This document shows positions 50,671-61,936 of a stretch of DNA of 64,000 nucleotides, piece by piece. The notes under the pieces were generated by a model that ran no database searches, had not been told where the DNA came from, and saw only the letters and a program-made list of their open reading frames with translations. How positions within the stretch are numbered: the stretch's first letter is position 1; each line of letters starts with the position of its first letter. This stretch comes from Podarcis vaucheri. Lineage: Eukaryota. Location of the stretch: NCBI GenBank assembly GCA_965113315.1, contig OZ220364.1. One strand, given 5' to 3'. A program made the translations under genes and the position numbers.

Positions 50671-52295
50671 TCAGCAATTTCGTTAGACACTCCAGGAATG
50701 AAACGTGCAGAAAACACTATATTGTGGCGTAAGCAATGCAATACAAAAGCGCGCAAAAGGGCCGACACCCTAGGAGAGCGGGACGACAGCTTGGCCAGCA
50801 CGTTCACCACCGCCAGGTTATCGGTCCAGAAGCAAACGCGTCGGTCCCTGAACTCATCGACCCACAAGTGTACTGCCACTGCAATAGGAAAGAACTCAAG
50901 AAAAGTTAGATCACGCGTAACGTCTCTCCCTTGCCAATCCAGTGGCCAACGCATGGCGCACCATCTGCCCTTCCAATATAGACCGAAGCCTTGGGAACCT
51001 GCGGCATCCGATTGCACCTGAAAGTCATTATGCAAGTTCAACGTGTCTTGCCATAACGACACTCCATTGAATTCCTCCAAGAATTCAAGCCAAATGCTGA
51101 GATCAGCCCGTACTTCTCTAGATAAACGGACCCGATGATGTGGGGCCTTCAAACCCACGGTAAGCCGGGCCAGACGGGAACAAAAAGGGCGTCCAGGGGC
51201 CACCACCCTGCACGCGAAGTTCAGGTGACCCAAAAGCGATTGGATCTGCCTAAGGGACACCTTCTCCAAAGGGATCACTTCCTCTATGACCGTCTTCAAA
51301 GCAACCAGCTTATCCATTGGCAAGCTGGATGTTTGGGACACCGTATCCAAGAGGATACCCAGGTAAGTAAGTTGGGTTGCCGGACCCTCTGTCTTGTCCG
51401 CTGCCAGCGGAACCCCGAGTTCCTGCGTAAGGTCAGCAAAGGCCTGGAGCAACAACGAACAATTGCCAGATTCAGCATCTGAGGCCAATAAAAAATCATC
51501 CAAATAATGAGTGACCCCGCCCAGCCCGGTTTTTTGCTTGATGGCCCACTCCAAAAAGGTACTGAATGATTCAAAAGCAGCACATGCTATCGAGCAACCC
51601 ATAGGCATGGCCTTGTCAAAATAATATTTCTCCTCGAACCGAAAACCTAGGAGCCAAAAATCCTCCGGGTGAATTGGCAACAATCTAAAAGCCGATTCGA
51701 TATCGCATTTTGCCAATAAAGCAGCCCGTCCAAATTTTCGAATCATCTTAATTGCATAATCAAGGGAGGCATACTTTACTGAGCAAAGTTCCTGAGGAAT
51801 CACGTCATTAACCGAGGAACCCCTAGGATGCGATAGATTATGAATTAAACGAAATTCACCAGGGGCCTTCTTTGGCACAATACCCAAAGGAGAGATGTGC
51901 AAATTATGAAAAGGCGGGGCACAGAATGGGCCCGCCATCCGATGCATGGACACCTCCTTTGCAATCTTTTTCCGGGCGATTTCAGGTAATTCACGGACTG
52001 ACTTTTGATTAGGGGGATTCCGTGCCACGGGAGGCATGGCTACCGGAATCCGAAAACCCACAGAAAAACCATCACTTAAGTAATTTGCGGCGTCCCTATT
52101 GGGGTAAGATTGCAGCCATCGTTTAAGAGCCGGCAATCGTACCGGGGTGTGGGCCAATGATGTCAACACACTATTTTGCTGCTCCTGAGGTTGACGGGAG
52201 GGGGGGGGCTGACTTGGGAGGTTGCTGAGAACCTCCTCTGCCTCCACGAAAGGGCCGCCTACCACTAAAGCAAGAGGAAGCAGGATGCGTTCCAT
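50565..52295 (-). CDS. Reverse transcriptase / RNase H of the Ngaro element
   Basis: KCDIESAFR, MPMG, YLDDF, SDAAG, LEFFPI, TDN, ADALSR. Confidence 0.96.
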   Translation of the reverse strand: MERILLPLALVVGGPFVEAEEVLSNLPSQPPPSRQPQEQQNSVLTSLAHTPVRLPALKRWLQSYPNRDAANYLSDGFSVGFRIPVAMPPVARNPPNQKSVRELPEIARKKIAKEVSMHRMAGPFCAPPFHNLHISPLGIVPKKAPGEFRLIHNLSHPRGSSVNDVIPQELCSVKYASLDYAIKMIRKFGRAALLAKCDIESAFRLLPIHPEDFWLLGFRFEEKYYFDKAMPMGCSIACAAFESFSTFLEWAIKQKTGLGGVTHYLDDFLLASDAESGNCSLLLQAFADLTQELGVPLAADKTEGPATQLTYLGILLDTVSQTSSLPMDKLVALKTVIEEVIPLEKVSLRQIQSLLGHLNFACRVVAPGRPFCSRLARLTVGLKAPHHRVRLSREVRADLSIWLEFLEEFNGVSLWQDTLNLHNDFQVQSDAAGSQGFGLYWKGRWCAMRWPLDWQGRDVTRDLTFLEFFPIAVAVHLWVDEFRDRRVCFWTDNLAVVNVLAKLSSRSPRVSALLRAFVLHCLRHNIVFSARFIPGVSNEIADALSRFQMERFRLLVPEARLRPEYFPDHLWNLGRN

Positions 52296-53697
52296 TACAT
52301 TTATCGCAATTATGTGAAAATCTACAGGCTGGACGCTGGCAAGAACCCTTATTAAAATCCCAGCATAACAAACGACGGCCAGATCTAAAAGCCGAAAACT
52401 TCGGCTTTTGTTGTTCCGGCACTTTCTTATCTATTAGTGGAGCTACATGAGTAGTCCACACATCTAGATCCTTTCGATCCCAGCGGGCTGAAGGGATCTT
52501 GGCAGCACGGCGTCTGAAATTCTCATCATATTTGATCGCCGCCTTCTCTCCGGCCTTGGAAAATGCGGAGCGCACAATGGATAGATATACTAACAGATGG
52601 AGAGACCTCCGTGGATAGGCTGCCACTACTACACCAGCGAAAACCTGAAAACAGTCGAGCCAATGCTCGAAAGACCTGACCACTGCAGAGGCCCCTGTAC
52701 GCTTTTTGGGTGAAAAACTTTCTTTTTCCTGATCCTCAGAAGGTGGGAGCAATTTGAACATATCTACATAGCGGCCATTTAAAATTCTGGACCGCATTTT
52801 TGACGACAAATGCGATCCCGGTATGATGTCTCTAGCAGAGTTGGTTGATACTTTAACGTCGGGAACCAACACACCATCTTTACAATCTAAGACCGCACCA
52901 TATTGTGCCCTATGAGTGTTGGATCTTCGATCCCAAGCCCACCTTGGAAGCCCGGAGACCGATTCACCAAAACCCCAGTAAAGCTGCATATTAGTACCCT
53001 CATCATCGGAGCTAGATGAAGACGTACCGGAATGAGAGGAAGAAGTGTCGTCCCTCTTCCTCTTGGCGCGCTTCCGAGATGACTTCTTTGGGCGACGTTT
53101 TCCTCCCAAAGACTTCCTGGCAGGTACTGGGAGACTGTCTTCAACAGACGACTCAGATTCGAGCTCCAGTTGAGATGGAACTGAAACAGACTGCACAGAG
53201 ACAGCATGTGAGGTGCCAGAACCCGAGGCCACCGCAGCCGGATGGCGAGCTGACCCACGCCTGCGAGTCGACCCTGCCACAGGGGCACTTATTCCTGAGG
53301 CCCTCCTAGAGGAGCGACCAGACCTCCGAAGCTGACCCCGGTCTGCAGGTAAGACAGGAGACTGGGATAACTGGGGGTTCGTGAGCAAACCGCCAGATGA
53401 TGACCCTTCTGCCCCATCTTCACTAGAAGAGGGTGAAGCCGGAGACGATGCCAACGCAGCAGGAAGCTGGCTTCCAGACGTGGACGGCTGGGTGGAGCAA
53501 CGCTGCAGGAAACCATCCATTTCAGCTGCAAAGCGAGAAAGTGCTGCAGGGTCGCCAGCCATGCTCGCCACCAAAGACTGTACCCGCCCTACTGGTTGGC
53601 CTGCAGAAGGTGAGCGGAGCGCCTGGGATGGGCCTCTAATCGGTCGTTTAGCAGCGGTGGCAGGGCTGGAACGATTGACGGCCTTCTTCGGACCCAT
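52171..53697 (-). CDS. Gag-like ORF1 of the Ngaro element
   Basis: ATG at 53697 (MGPKK); Ser/Arg-rich N-half with basic NLS-like KRRPKKSSRKRAKRKR; YDENFRR core; CWDFNKGSC...C..H.C..C...H....C zinc finger. Confidence 0.92.
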   Translation of the reverse strand: MGPKKAVNRSSPATAAKRPIRGPSQALRSPSAGQPVGRVQSLVASMAGDPAALSRFAAEMDGFLQRCSTQPSTSGSQLPAALASSPASPSSSEDGAEGSSSGGLLTNPQLSQSPVLPADRGQLRRSGRSSRRASGISAPVAGSTRRRGSARHPAAVASGSGTSHAVSVQSVSVPSQLELESESSVEDSLPVPARKSLGGKRRPKKSSRKRAKRKRDDTSSSHSGTSSSSSDDEGTNMQLYWGFGESVSGLPRWAWDRRSNTHRAQYGAVLDCKDGVLVPDVKVSTNSARDIIPGSHLSSKMRSRILNGRYVDMFKLLPPSEDQEKESFSPKKRTGASAVVRSFEHWLDCFQVFAGVVVAAYPRRSLHLLVYLSIVRSAFSKAGEKAAIKYDENFRRRAAKIPSARWDRKDLDVWTTHVAPLIDKKVPEQQKPKFSAFRSGRRLLCWDFNKGSCQRPACRFSHNCDKCNGTHPASSCFSGRRPFRGGRGGSQQPPKSAPPLPSTSGAAK

Positions 53698-53817
53698 ACC
53701 TGCTAGCCGGAGAAAGTCAAAACCAATTAAATTTCGCAAATCACTACGACCAATACTAATTTATCAAGCTTCCCAAGCTAAACCTAAGGTCCTATCTCAC
53801 TGTACCAACGAAGTCTC

Positions 53818-53888
53818 TTTTATTTATTTATTTATTTATTTATTTTATTATAATTTATTTATTTATTTATTTATTTATTTTATTTATT
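53818..53888 (+). repeat. (TTTA)n microsatellite inside the Ngaro 5' region
   Basis: Visible tandem repeat. Confidence 0.9.
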
Positions 53889-55072
53889 AAATAATTTTTA
53901 AATTGTGTATTTCAATTTTTCAAAATATTTTCTTATTTATTTGCTTGAAATAAATTTTACAATAAACAATACAGCCTATTCCCTGGTCAAATCAACAATA
54001 ACTTGCAGCAAGCAACAGTCTAGTTAACTAGTGGGTGCAGTAGCCGATTCAGGCCAGCAGGGGTCAGACCAGGCCAATCCACTCAGAAGAGTGGATGCAA
54101 TACAAGGCCAACCACCAGAGGGAGCTCTGTCGTCGAGGCGCAATGACAGGCCTCGGCCACTAGAGGGCCAGTCGCAACGCAGGCAAGCGGCAATCAGCCT
54201 GCAAGCCACCCACGCTGCAGAATGGCGGGCGCAATCGCGCAGCTAGGTTCCTTTTTTTTTCCCTGTCGGCAAGGCCCCAGCCGCACAGGGAAATTCCGGG
54301 CACCCCAGCCGGCCCGCGCACGCCGCCGCCGGGCTGCTCAAGCTGCCGCTAGGCAGGCAGGCCGCGCAGCTACCAACGCGGGCCTGCCGGAGCCCAGGCG
54401 GCAGACGCCACACGACGGCTCCGCGCCTCACGGACTAGGACCCCGACGCCACAAAAGGAAGGACCGGAGGCCTTCGCGAGGGGAGACCGCACCCGCCCGG
54501 GGGAACAGGTAAGCGCTGCCGCGCTTAGCGTAGAAGGATCCCCCCCACGCAGGCGCTCCGCGGCCCCGAGCGCCGATAATACTAAGAGGGGGGGGTGGGA
54601 AGGCCGACGCGGCCCGGGCAAGGGGCCTAGGCCTCACCCGATACGGCAACAGGGCCTCCGGTCCGAGCGCGCGTCGCAGGCTCCGGACCCAGGCCCGTTT
54701 CCGAGAGGGGGGGGGAGGATGGGTCTCAACGGCCGCGGCAAGCGGGCCGAAGAAAGCGCAGCCGCTCCGGCTCCCCGAGATGGGAGCAGCCTTGGGCCGG
54801 GGAAGCTAGGCCTCCCCGGGCTGGGGGGGGGTCCCCACCCTCAGCCAAGCTTTTTTATATATATTAAATATATATATATATTCAGATTAAAACAATAGGG
54901 TATCTAAAAACGTTTAAAGGAATCAATGGAAATAAGAGGGAAGGATGGAGGGAAAAGGGGGAATTGAGGGTAAGATAGAGGAGGGTAAAGGGAGGAGGCT
55001 TAAAGGAGGGAAAATTGAGCTTAAATCTCAGTAATAGCTGAAATACAACCGACTCCCGACTTGAACTGCTCC

Positions 55073-55291
55073 GTGATCCGTTGCAGAAGCCGAGAGGACG
55101 CTCTAGTGCTAGGCATCCTACATTTATAAGCTCGGCTCCCTCCTCCAAATTTTGCAACATCCAAAAATCCCCAGCAACCCAAATTAACCCCTTACTGGCT
55201 TGGATTCCAAAATCTGCCCAGCAACGACAGGGTGGCTTATATTTTCCCAACCGCAACACGTGCTCTCATTTTTTAAAGGAGAACACGATTT
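55073..55291 (-). repeat. Ngaro repeat A1 with candidate TATA box (55128-55123)
   Basis: Direct repeat of 48407-48625; minus strand cttataaatg about 50 nt from the inner edge. Confidence 0.93.
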
Positions 55292-55713
55292 ATCATTCTG
55301 ACCCAATCAAGAAAAGAGAAAGGGGAAGATTTGATGTGACTCAGCATCAAAGTTATGTGGTATATCAAACAAATTATGCTTGGTACTTCCACAGATTGTT
55401 GTTGACATAAAATAGACCCAATAGTTTTGCTGCAGTCCAAAGTCAAAGTCATGTATACAATGATTACAGTAAGGACAAAAGTTCATCTAGTAGAGCATCC
55501 CACTTCCCACTGGAGCTAGCCAGCTGACTTCAGGAAGTCTGAAAGCAATAGTCCTTTTCTGGAAGGCTCCAGATGTGGTCTGAATGCTCAGGTCCCTGAG
55601 TATTCTCGAAATATTTGTTATCTGTATTTGTATGATAAATGTGCTCAGTTTGACAATATCTGAAGCTAGAGAAATGCTACCGAGTGACAGAGAGGAGGTG
55701 GAACTCCTCAATA

Positions 55714-55938
55714 CAGTGGTACCTCGGGTTAAGAACTTAATTCATGCTGGAGGTCCATTCTTAACCTGAAACCGTTCCGAAGCACCACTTTAGCTAATGG
55801 GGCCTCCCGCTGCTGCCACGTGGTTTCTGTTCTCCTCCTGAAGCAAAGTTCTTAACCCGAGGTACTATTTCTGGGTTAGCAGAGTCTGTAACTTGAAGTG
55901 TCTGTAACCTGAAGTGTCTGTAACCCGAGGTACCACTG
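55714..55938 (+). mobile_element. Tigger/pogo-like MITE
   Basis: TA|CAGTGGTACCTCGGGTTA...TAACCCGAGGTACCACTG|TA. Confidence 0.92.
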
Positions 55939-56059
55939 TACCTACTTTGCCTCTGTCTTCACCCAAAAGGAAAGCAATACCCAACCTGGTGATAACAGAA
56001 TAAATGGTGCATGGAATCAGCTGCAACCCAAGATAGTAAAATAGGTGGAAAGGGAACAC

Positions 56060-57387
56060 CTAGATATTTTAAATGAATGCAAATTTCCAGAGCCTGATGA
56101 GATGCACTCAGGGGTACTTAAGGAGCTTACCATAGGAGCCAACTTCTAGGGGCCAAGGTCCCTTTGTGGCCTCCCCCCCCAAAATATTCAAATGGTGCCA
56201 TTCATTGCCATTCAAATGCTTGCAACCAATACCAGGAAAGGGCCTAGCACTGATAATTAAACAGCTGCTCTGTGAGCACTTAGAAAAGGATGCTGTGATT
56301 ATTAGGACTCAGTCTGGGTTTCTCCAGAACAAATCACACCATACAAATCTCATTTCTTTTTTGGGGGAATAGAATTACAAGCTTGGTGGATTGGGGGAGT
56401 GCTGTGGACATATTTTGATTGTGTAAGGCTTTTGACAAAGTCCCCCATGATCTTCTTCCAGAGAAGCTGGTAAAATGTGGGCTGGACGAGGTAAATGTAG
56501 ATTTGTAGCTGGTTGACTGACTGAACTCAGAGTGCTCACTTATGGTTCCTTACCATCCTGGACAAAATAATTTGGATTCAATATGGCTTTAACAAATTGG
56601 AGAATTGGGCCCAAACTAACAATATGAACTTCAACAGAGTCAAATGTAAGGTTCTGCACTTAGGCAGGAAGAACCAGATGCAGAAATATAAGATGGGGGA
56701 TGCCTGGCTTGCCAGTAGCACACGTGAAAAGGATCTAGGTAACTTAATAGACCACAAGCTTAACATGAGTCAACAGTGTGATGCAGCAGCAAAAAAGGCC
56801 AATGTTTTCCAGGCTGCATCAACAGAAGTCTAGTGTCCAGGTCAAGAGAAGTAATAATACTGATTAATTCTGCCTTGGTCAGACCACACCTGGAGTATTG
56901 TGTCCAGTTCTGGGGGCACCACAATTTTAAAAGTTGGAATGTGTGCAGAGGAGGGTGACCCAGATGATCAAGGGTTTGGAAACCAAGCCTTATGAGCAAC
57001 AGTTGAGGGAACTGGGTATGCTTCACCTGGATCAGAGGAGATGGAGAAGAAAAATGATAGCCATTTTCAAATATCCAAGGGCGCCATATGGAAGATACAG
57101 CAAGCTTGTTTTCTCCTGTTCTGGAGGCTAGGACCTGAACCGATGGCTTCCAGTTACAAGAAAGGAGATTCCAACGAAACATCAAGAAAAACTTTCTGGC
57201 AATAGGAGCTGTACAACAGTGAAATGGATTTCCTTGGAAGATGGTGGACTCTCCTTCACTGGAGGTTTTTAAGCAGAAGTTGGATGGCCATCTGTCATGG
57301 ATGCTTTAGCTGAGATTCCTGCAGTGCAGGGGACTAGACCAATGACCCGTGGGGCCCCTTTGAACCCTACAATTCTATGATTCTATG
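56060..57387 (+). mobile_element. Degraded CR1 LINE (ORF2 remnants and 3' UTR)
   Basis: [53 protein letters not shown]; attctatgattctatga tail. Confidence 0.92.
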
Positions 57388-57453
57388 AACACGATATGAT
57401 TAGCCCATGGGGGCACTTTCCATAACTGCTGTTGCTAGGTGAACTTTAAAGTA

Positions 57454-57511
57454 AAGGTAAAGGTAAAGGTACCCCTGCCCGTACGGGCCAGTCTTGACAG
57501 ACTCTGGGGTT
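57454..57511 (-). mobile_element. Very short Sauria-SINE-type 3' end
   Basis: (AAAGGT)n tail; TSD aactttaaagta on both sides. Confidence 0.7.
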
Positions 57512-57997
57512 TAACTTTAAAGTACCTTTCCTTAAATGGCAATCATTATAGCAACAATTCTGGCTCATCTGCCTCCCGAAGATGTAATTGAATGCAATTA
57601 TGGGACTAATATTGAAATCTGAGAAATAGAAAACCATGTTCATTAAACCTGCAAGTTTAACAATTCTAAGCCTTGGATAGACTTCTAACTGGTTGTCAAC
57701 TCACAAAAAGAACAAAGCAAGCTGGGATAACCAATTTCTCTGATTCTACAGATCATAACTTACAGGAGTTAAGGACAACTTGTGCAGTTGTATAATACAG
57801 GTTCCAGTCTTTGTTAGAGATTTTATTTTTCCCCCAGAGTGAGTGTTGATTTCAAGGTTTGCTGATTATTTATTTATTTGCTTATTGCTTATTATTTGCT
57901 TATAGCAGAGGGTATAGGCCCCTTTTCAGCCCGAGCGTCACATTCCTTCCCGGGCAACCTTCCAAGAGCCACATACCAGGAGGTGATGCAACAAATC

Positions 57998-58272
57998 AGA
58001 ACCTAAGAAGAGCCCTGCTGGATCAGGCAATAGGGCCATCTACTTCCAGCATCCTGTTCTCTCCAAAGGCCAGCCAGATGCCTCTGGTTGGCCCCAAAAC
58101 AGGAGCTGAGTCCAACAGCGCTCTCCCCACTTGTGATTCCCCCAACAGATATTCAGAGGCATGCTGCCTCCGACAGTGGAGGAAGGATGTAGTCATTTGG
58201 CTATTAGCCCATGACAGCCTTATTCTCCATGCATTTGTCTTGTTTTTCAAAGCCATCCAAGTTGATGGCCAT
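57998..58272 (-). mobile_element. CR1-like LINE 3' fragment
   Basis: Similar to 18567-18806. Confidence 0.6.
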
Positions 58273-58377
58273 CTTGAGCTTGTTTGGAGGTTCTAGCAGG
58301 GGAGCGCAGCTATCGTATACCCTTGACCGAAGAACGGTACACTCCTTCTATCTGGGATGGTCGTCCTCTTCCACCGA
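58273..58377 (-). pseudogene. RN7SK: 7SK snRNA internal fragment (retrocopy)
   Basis: Reverse complement tcggtggaagaggacgaccatcccagatag...cttcggtcaagggtatacgatagctgcgctcccctgctagaacctccaaacaagctcaag matches the central part of vertebrate 7SK as I recall it. Confidence 0.93.
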
Positions 58378-58756
58378 TTGAGAAATACTGTAAAATTTAT
58401 GAATGTTAAATGGACGTTGGATGGAAAATAAGCGGTGTCGGTAAAAAGATTAATAAGAATATGTAAATATAGATTGATAATGAGGGGAAATGTATTTTTA
58501 ATATAGGTTAAGAGTTTGAGTAAAGTTAAGGATAAAGGGTAAGGATTTGCTGAACTAAATATTTGAACTGGAATACAAAAAGGGAGGTGTGAGGAGGTCA
58601 AGAAACTAGTGATGAAGTATAGGATATGAAAATTCTAATCTTTTTTCTGTTCTGTTTGTTGGTGTTTTTTGTTCTTTTTTCTTATTCTGTTAAATGTTTC
58701 TTTTGTTCTGTATTTTTATTAATTGTTGAATAAATATTACTTTAAAAAAACAACAA
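58378..58756 (+). mobile_element. L1-like LINE 3' end
   Basis: EKYCKIYEC* ORF end, purine-rich then T-rich UTR, AATAAA, A-rich tail; shares a 19-bp TSD with the 7SK piece. Confidence 0.7.
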
Positions 58757-60304
58757 CAAGTTGATGGCCATCTTGGAACATGTGCATGATCAGCCCCGAT
58801 GCTGTCAAAACAGAGCAGTTGAGATCTAACGGATTGGGGATCCAGCAAGTCCTGTGCTGGCTCAGACACTCTCTGGAATATCCATTTTGGGGGTACTCCA
58901 AGGACTGCCACCAGCAGGGACCCTTCTGGCAACCAGGCAGTTAGCAGAAGGGGAAGTTCCACACTGGGCACCTCCACCCAGCCCATCAAGTCTTGAGCCG
59001 GCCTGGTGCCAAGGGGGGGATTGAATTATATCCTAATTTGCAGATACAGTTTGTTTAATTCTTAAAGCTTTATTGATTTTGTTGGATAAAAGTGACAATT
59101 CATAGGGAAACAATCCAAAAAGAACCACCTAACTGGCAAATTTCACACATTTTACTTCTTTCTGCGAAAGAGCAGCAGGCTCTGATACTAGGCTTTCATA
59201 CCACTTTTCCTATAATGGCATCAAAGTGAGCTACGTTATTATTCATGCTTGGTTGTTAATAATTTCACCCTAAGAAATCCCAGCCACCAACACCATTTTC
59301 TGTTGCAGGAGAGGACTAGGTTAAGTGTGCATCTGTTGACAAGCATGAACCAGCCAACTCTGCAAACATTTTTTCCATGTATCTATGATTTTAAGATAAT
59401 TAGGTGGAACTCTATTGCCTAGGGAAAACCAATCCTAGTACATCATTTTCCAGATAGCAGGGCTTCTGTCATCTTCCTTCTTAAAATACCCTTCATTCTC
59501 ACATATTCTGTCATCTGGTTCATAGCTCAATAAATATAGTATTTTTGTGCTTTTGGACTGAATCTGAAGAGAAGAGAATCAGCTCTGTTCTCTAACATGA
59601 TCTGTCACTAAACCCTTGCGGAATGGAATTAGTCATCAACTGGTGTATAAACGTTGTGTGCTGTTTACATCACGGATCCTTCCCCTCCCTTCACCCCACA
59701 TTAATTTCCATTCCAACTTGTCCTCATCACACTCAGTTTCTGTCCATGGTGGTAGAATTTTACATAAGTAGTTGTGTAATTAACAAATTGTGTTATTATG
59801 CTATTCCACATCATTTATTTCAGTGCAAAAGAAACACGGTGGGAATTATGGTGGACTGAGCATATTTGCTGCATTGATTTTCACTCCAAGCGTGGAACGA
59901 ATCAGCAAACATGAGCAATTTCTGCTTCTGTTGGAATTCTCCTGCATCCCCAGCTCCTCATCCCCCAAAGCCTCTGTAAAGAGTCAGGAGCTGTGTCTTA
60001 TGGGCTGCTGTATGACGATAGAGAGGATGGGGAAGTTATGCAAAATCAGGTAGAAGTACCTTGTGTGGATGCAGCTTCGCTTGCTCAAGGTGATTTCTTT
60101 CTCCCCCAGCAGCTCCTGTGTCAGAGGCCACTTTGTTCAGGAGAGGCCATGGGCTATGGTGGTGGTGGGGCAGGAAAAAACGCATTGCACAAATGGCCTT
60201 CTGATAATAACACAACCTTTGGATACCGCCCATTATGCCTAGATGCCTTTTTCAGATTTCCTCCCAGCACAAAATAAAGCCACAGAAAATACAGTTTTAA
60301 ATGG

Positions 60305-60308
<4 letters not shown>

Positions 60309-60343
<35 letters not shown>
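60309..60343 (+). repeat. (TG)n microsatellite
   Basis: Visible tandem repeat. Confidence 0.95.
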
Positions 60344-60345
<2 letters not shown>

Positions 60346-61597
60346 AAAGGAGCTTCTTAACACCTTCATTATGTCACTATATATCAAATGCCCTCCCCCA
60401 AATGCTTTTCATTCTGACAGTGAAAAGATACAGGTATGCAACATGTTTTAAATCCTGCCAACCTGAGATTATGTATCCCATATCTTCTCTCTTGGCAACA
60501 AGAAGAGCACTCAACCTAAGCCCTAAGCATTTTGGAGTGCTGTATCACACATGTTTTGCAGATGAAATAACTTCATTCCAGGACACTTCGTTAAAAAAAG
60601 GGAAAGCAATCATGAAGTAACAAGCAAAGCGAGGAGTTAACAAGAGCAGAGGGTAACTGAATTTGGGCAACTGGGTTAACAAGACATATCCTTCAGGTGA
60701 GGCAGACTCACTGGTGAGAGAAACATAAACAGATGTGGAATCTGGCACTTGAAACCGAAAGGCAGTTTGTAATTAAGTAATGTTGGCACAAAAACCATGG
60801 CTGAGGATGTTGCTTCTGAACATGAAAGAACAACTGTTCTGTTCTGGTGCCACACCCAGTACAGGCCTTAATGAGCCAAGCATCAGAAAAATTCTTCTCA
60901 GGTATTTGTGGTTCCTAAAAAGAATTGTTATTTCTAATATTTATAGGAATAAAAATCTCTTTACCTGCCATATCATATAAATTAATTACACCATCATATC
61001 TGAGCTCTTGAGCACCACCTAAAACCTAGGTTGAGCCACTCAAGATTTCCTGGGCCTTAGTCAATGGCATTTCATAGAGCAGCCGTTGACTCATAAGCCC
61101 TAAAATGGTAGTAATATCGGTTAGGTCCACTGATTTAGAAATATTAATAGCATTTGAAATATTCTCTCCTATTCCAAAGTCCATGATTGCAAATTAGCTT
61201 GTTCAGCAGAGTTGCCCCATAACCAGCCTTTGATAACGTCGACCATCTTCCAGTCTCTAAGGCTATGTACATGTTAGCAGCAAAGGTTGTTCTTTTTCTC
61301 AATTCAGATCAAAGCTGGTTTGAGGGGAAATGCAGCATTTCATAAGAAATGACAGGATAGATATGGGTTGTGGTTAATGTCACGTACACACAGCTTCCCC
61401 AACCAACGATGGGAGTACACCGGGTGCAAAGTAAATGGACATGTGTACCCAGCTGAAGTCTGCAATCCTACAGTATACTTACTTACCTAGGAGTAAGCCG
61501 CATTGAACTCAAGACTTACTGATGAATAAACATGTTTGGGACTGAGGGGTTTTCAACATGACTGGCAGCAAAGTATCCAGGATTTTAGCCCTACCTA

Positions 61598-61936
61598 GAC
61601 GCGGGTGGCACTGTGGGTTAAACCACTGAGCCTCTTGGGCTTGCCAATCAGAAGGTCAGCGGTTCAAATTCCCATGACGGGGTGAGCTCCCTGCTCCTGC
61701 CAACCTGGCAGTTCGAAAGCACATCAAAGTGCAAGTAGATAAATAGGTACCGCTCTGGCGGGAAGGTAAACGTCGTTTCCGAGCGCTGCTCTGGTTCGCC
61801 AGAAGCGGCTTAGTCATGCTGGCCACATGACCCGGAAGCTGTACGCCGGCTCCCTCGGCCAATAAAGCGAGATGAGCGCCACAACCCCAGAGTCGGTCAC
61901 GACTGGACCTAATGGTCAGGGGACCCTTTACCTTTA
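61598..61936 (+). mobile_element. Sauria SINE
   Basis: gacgcgggtggc head, conserved body, ccctttaccttta tail. Confidence 0.92.

Larger units (their letters stand above)
47804..55291 (-). mobile_element. Full-length Ngaro-type tyrosine-recombinase retrotransposon (DIRS order)
   Basis: Split direct repeats A1 55073-55291, B1 48623-49047, A2 48407-48625, B2 47804-48228; gag, RT/RH, YR and SGNH ORFs; no methyltransferase; no conventional TSD. Confidence 0.96.
47260..55469. mobile_element. Older TcMar-type non-autonomous DNA transposon (about 725 bp) split by the Ngaro insertion
   Basis: About 95-bp imperfect TIRs at 47260-47354 and 55372-55469, each flanked by TA. Confidence 0.8.
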
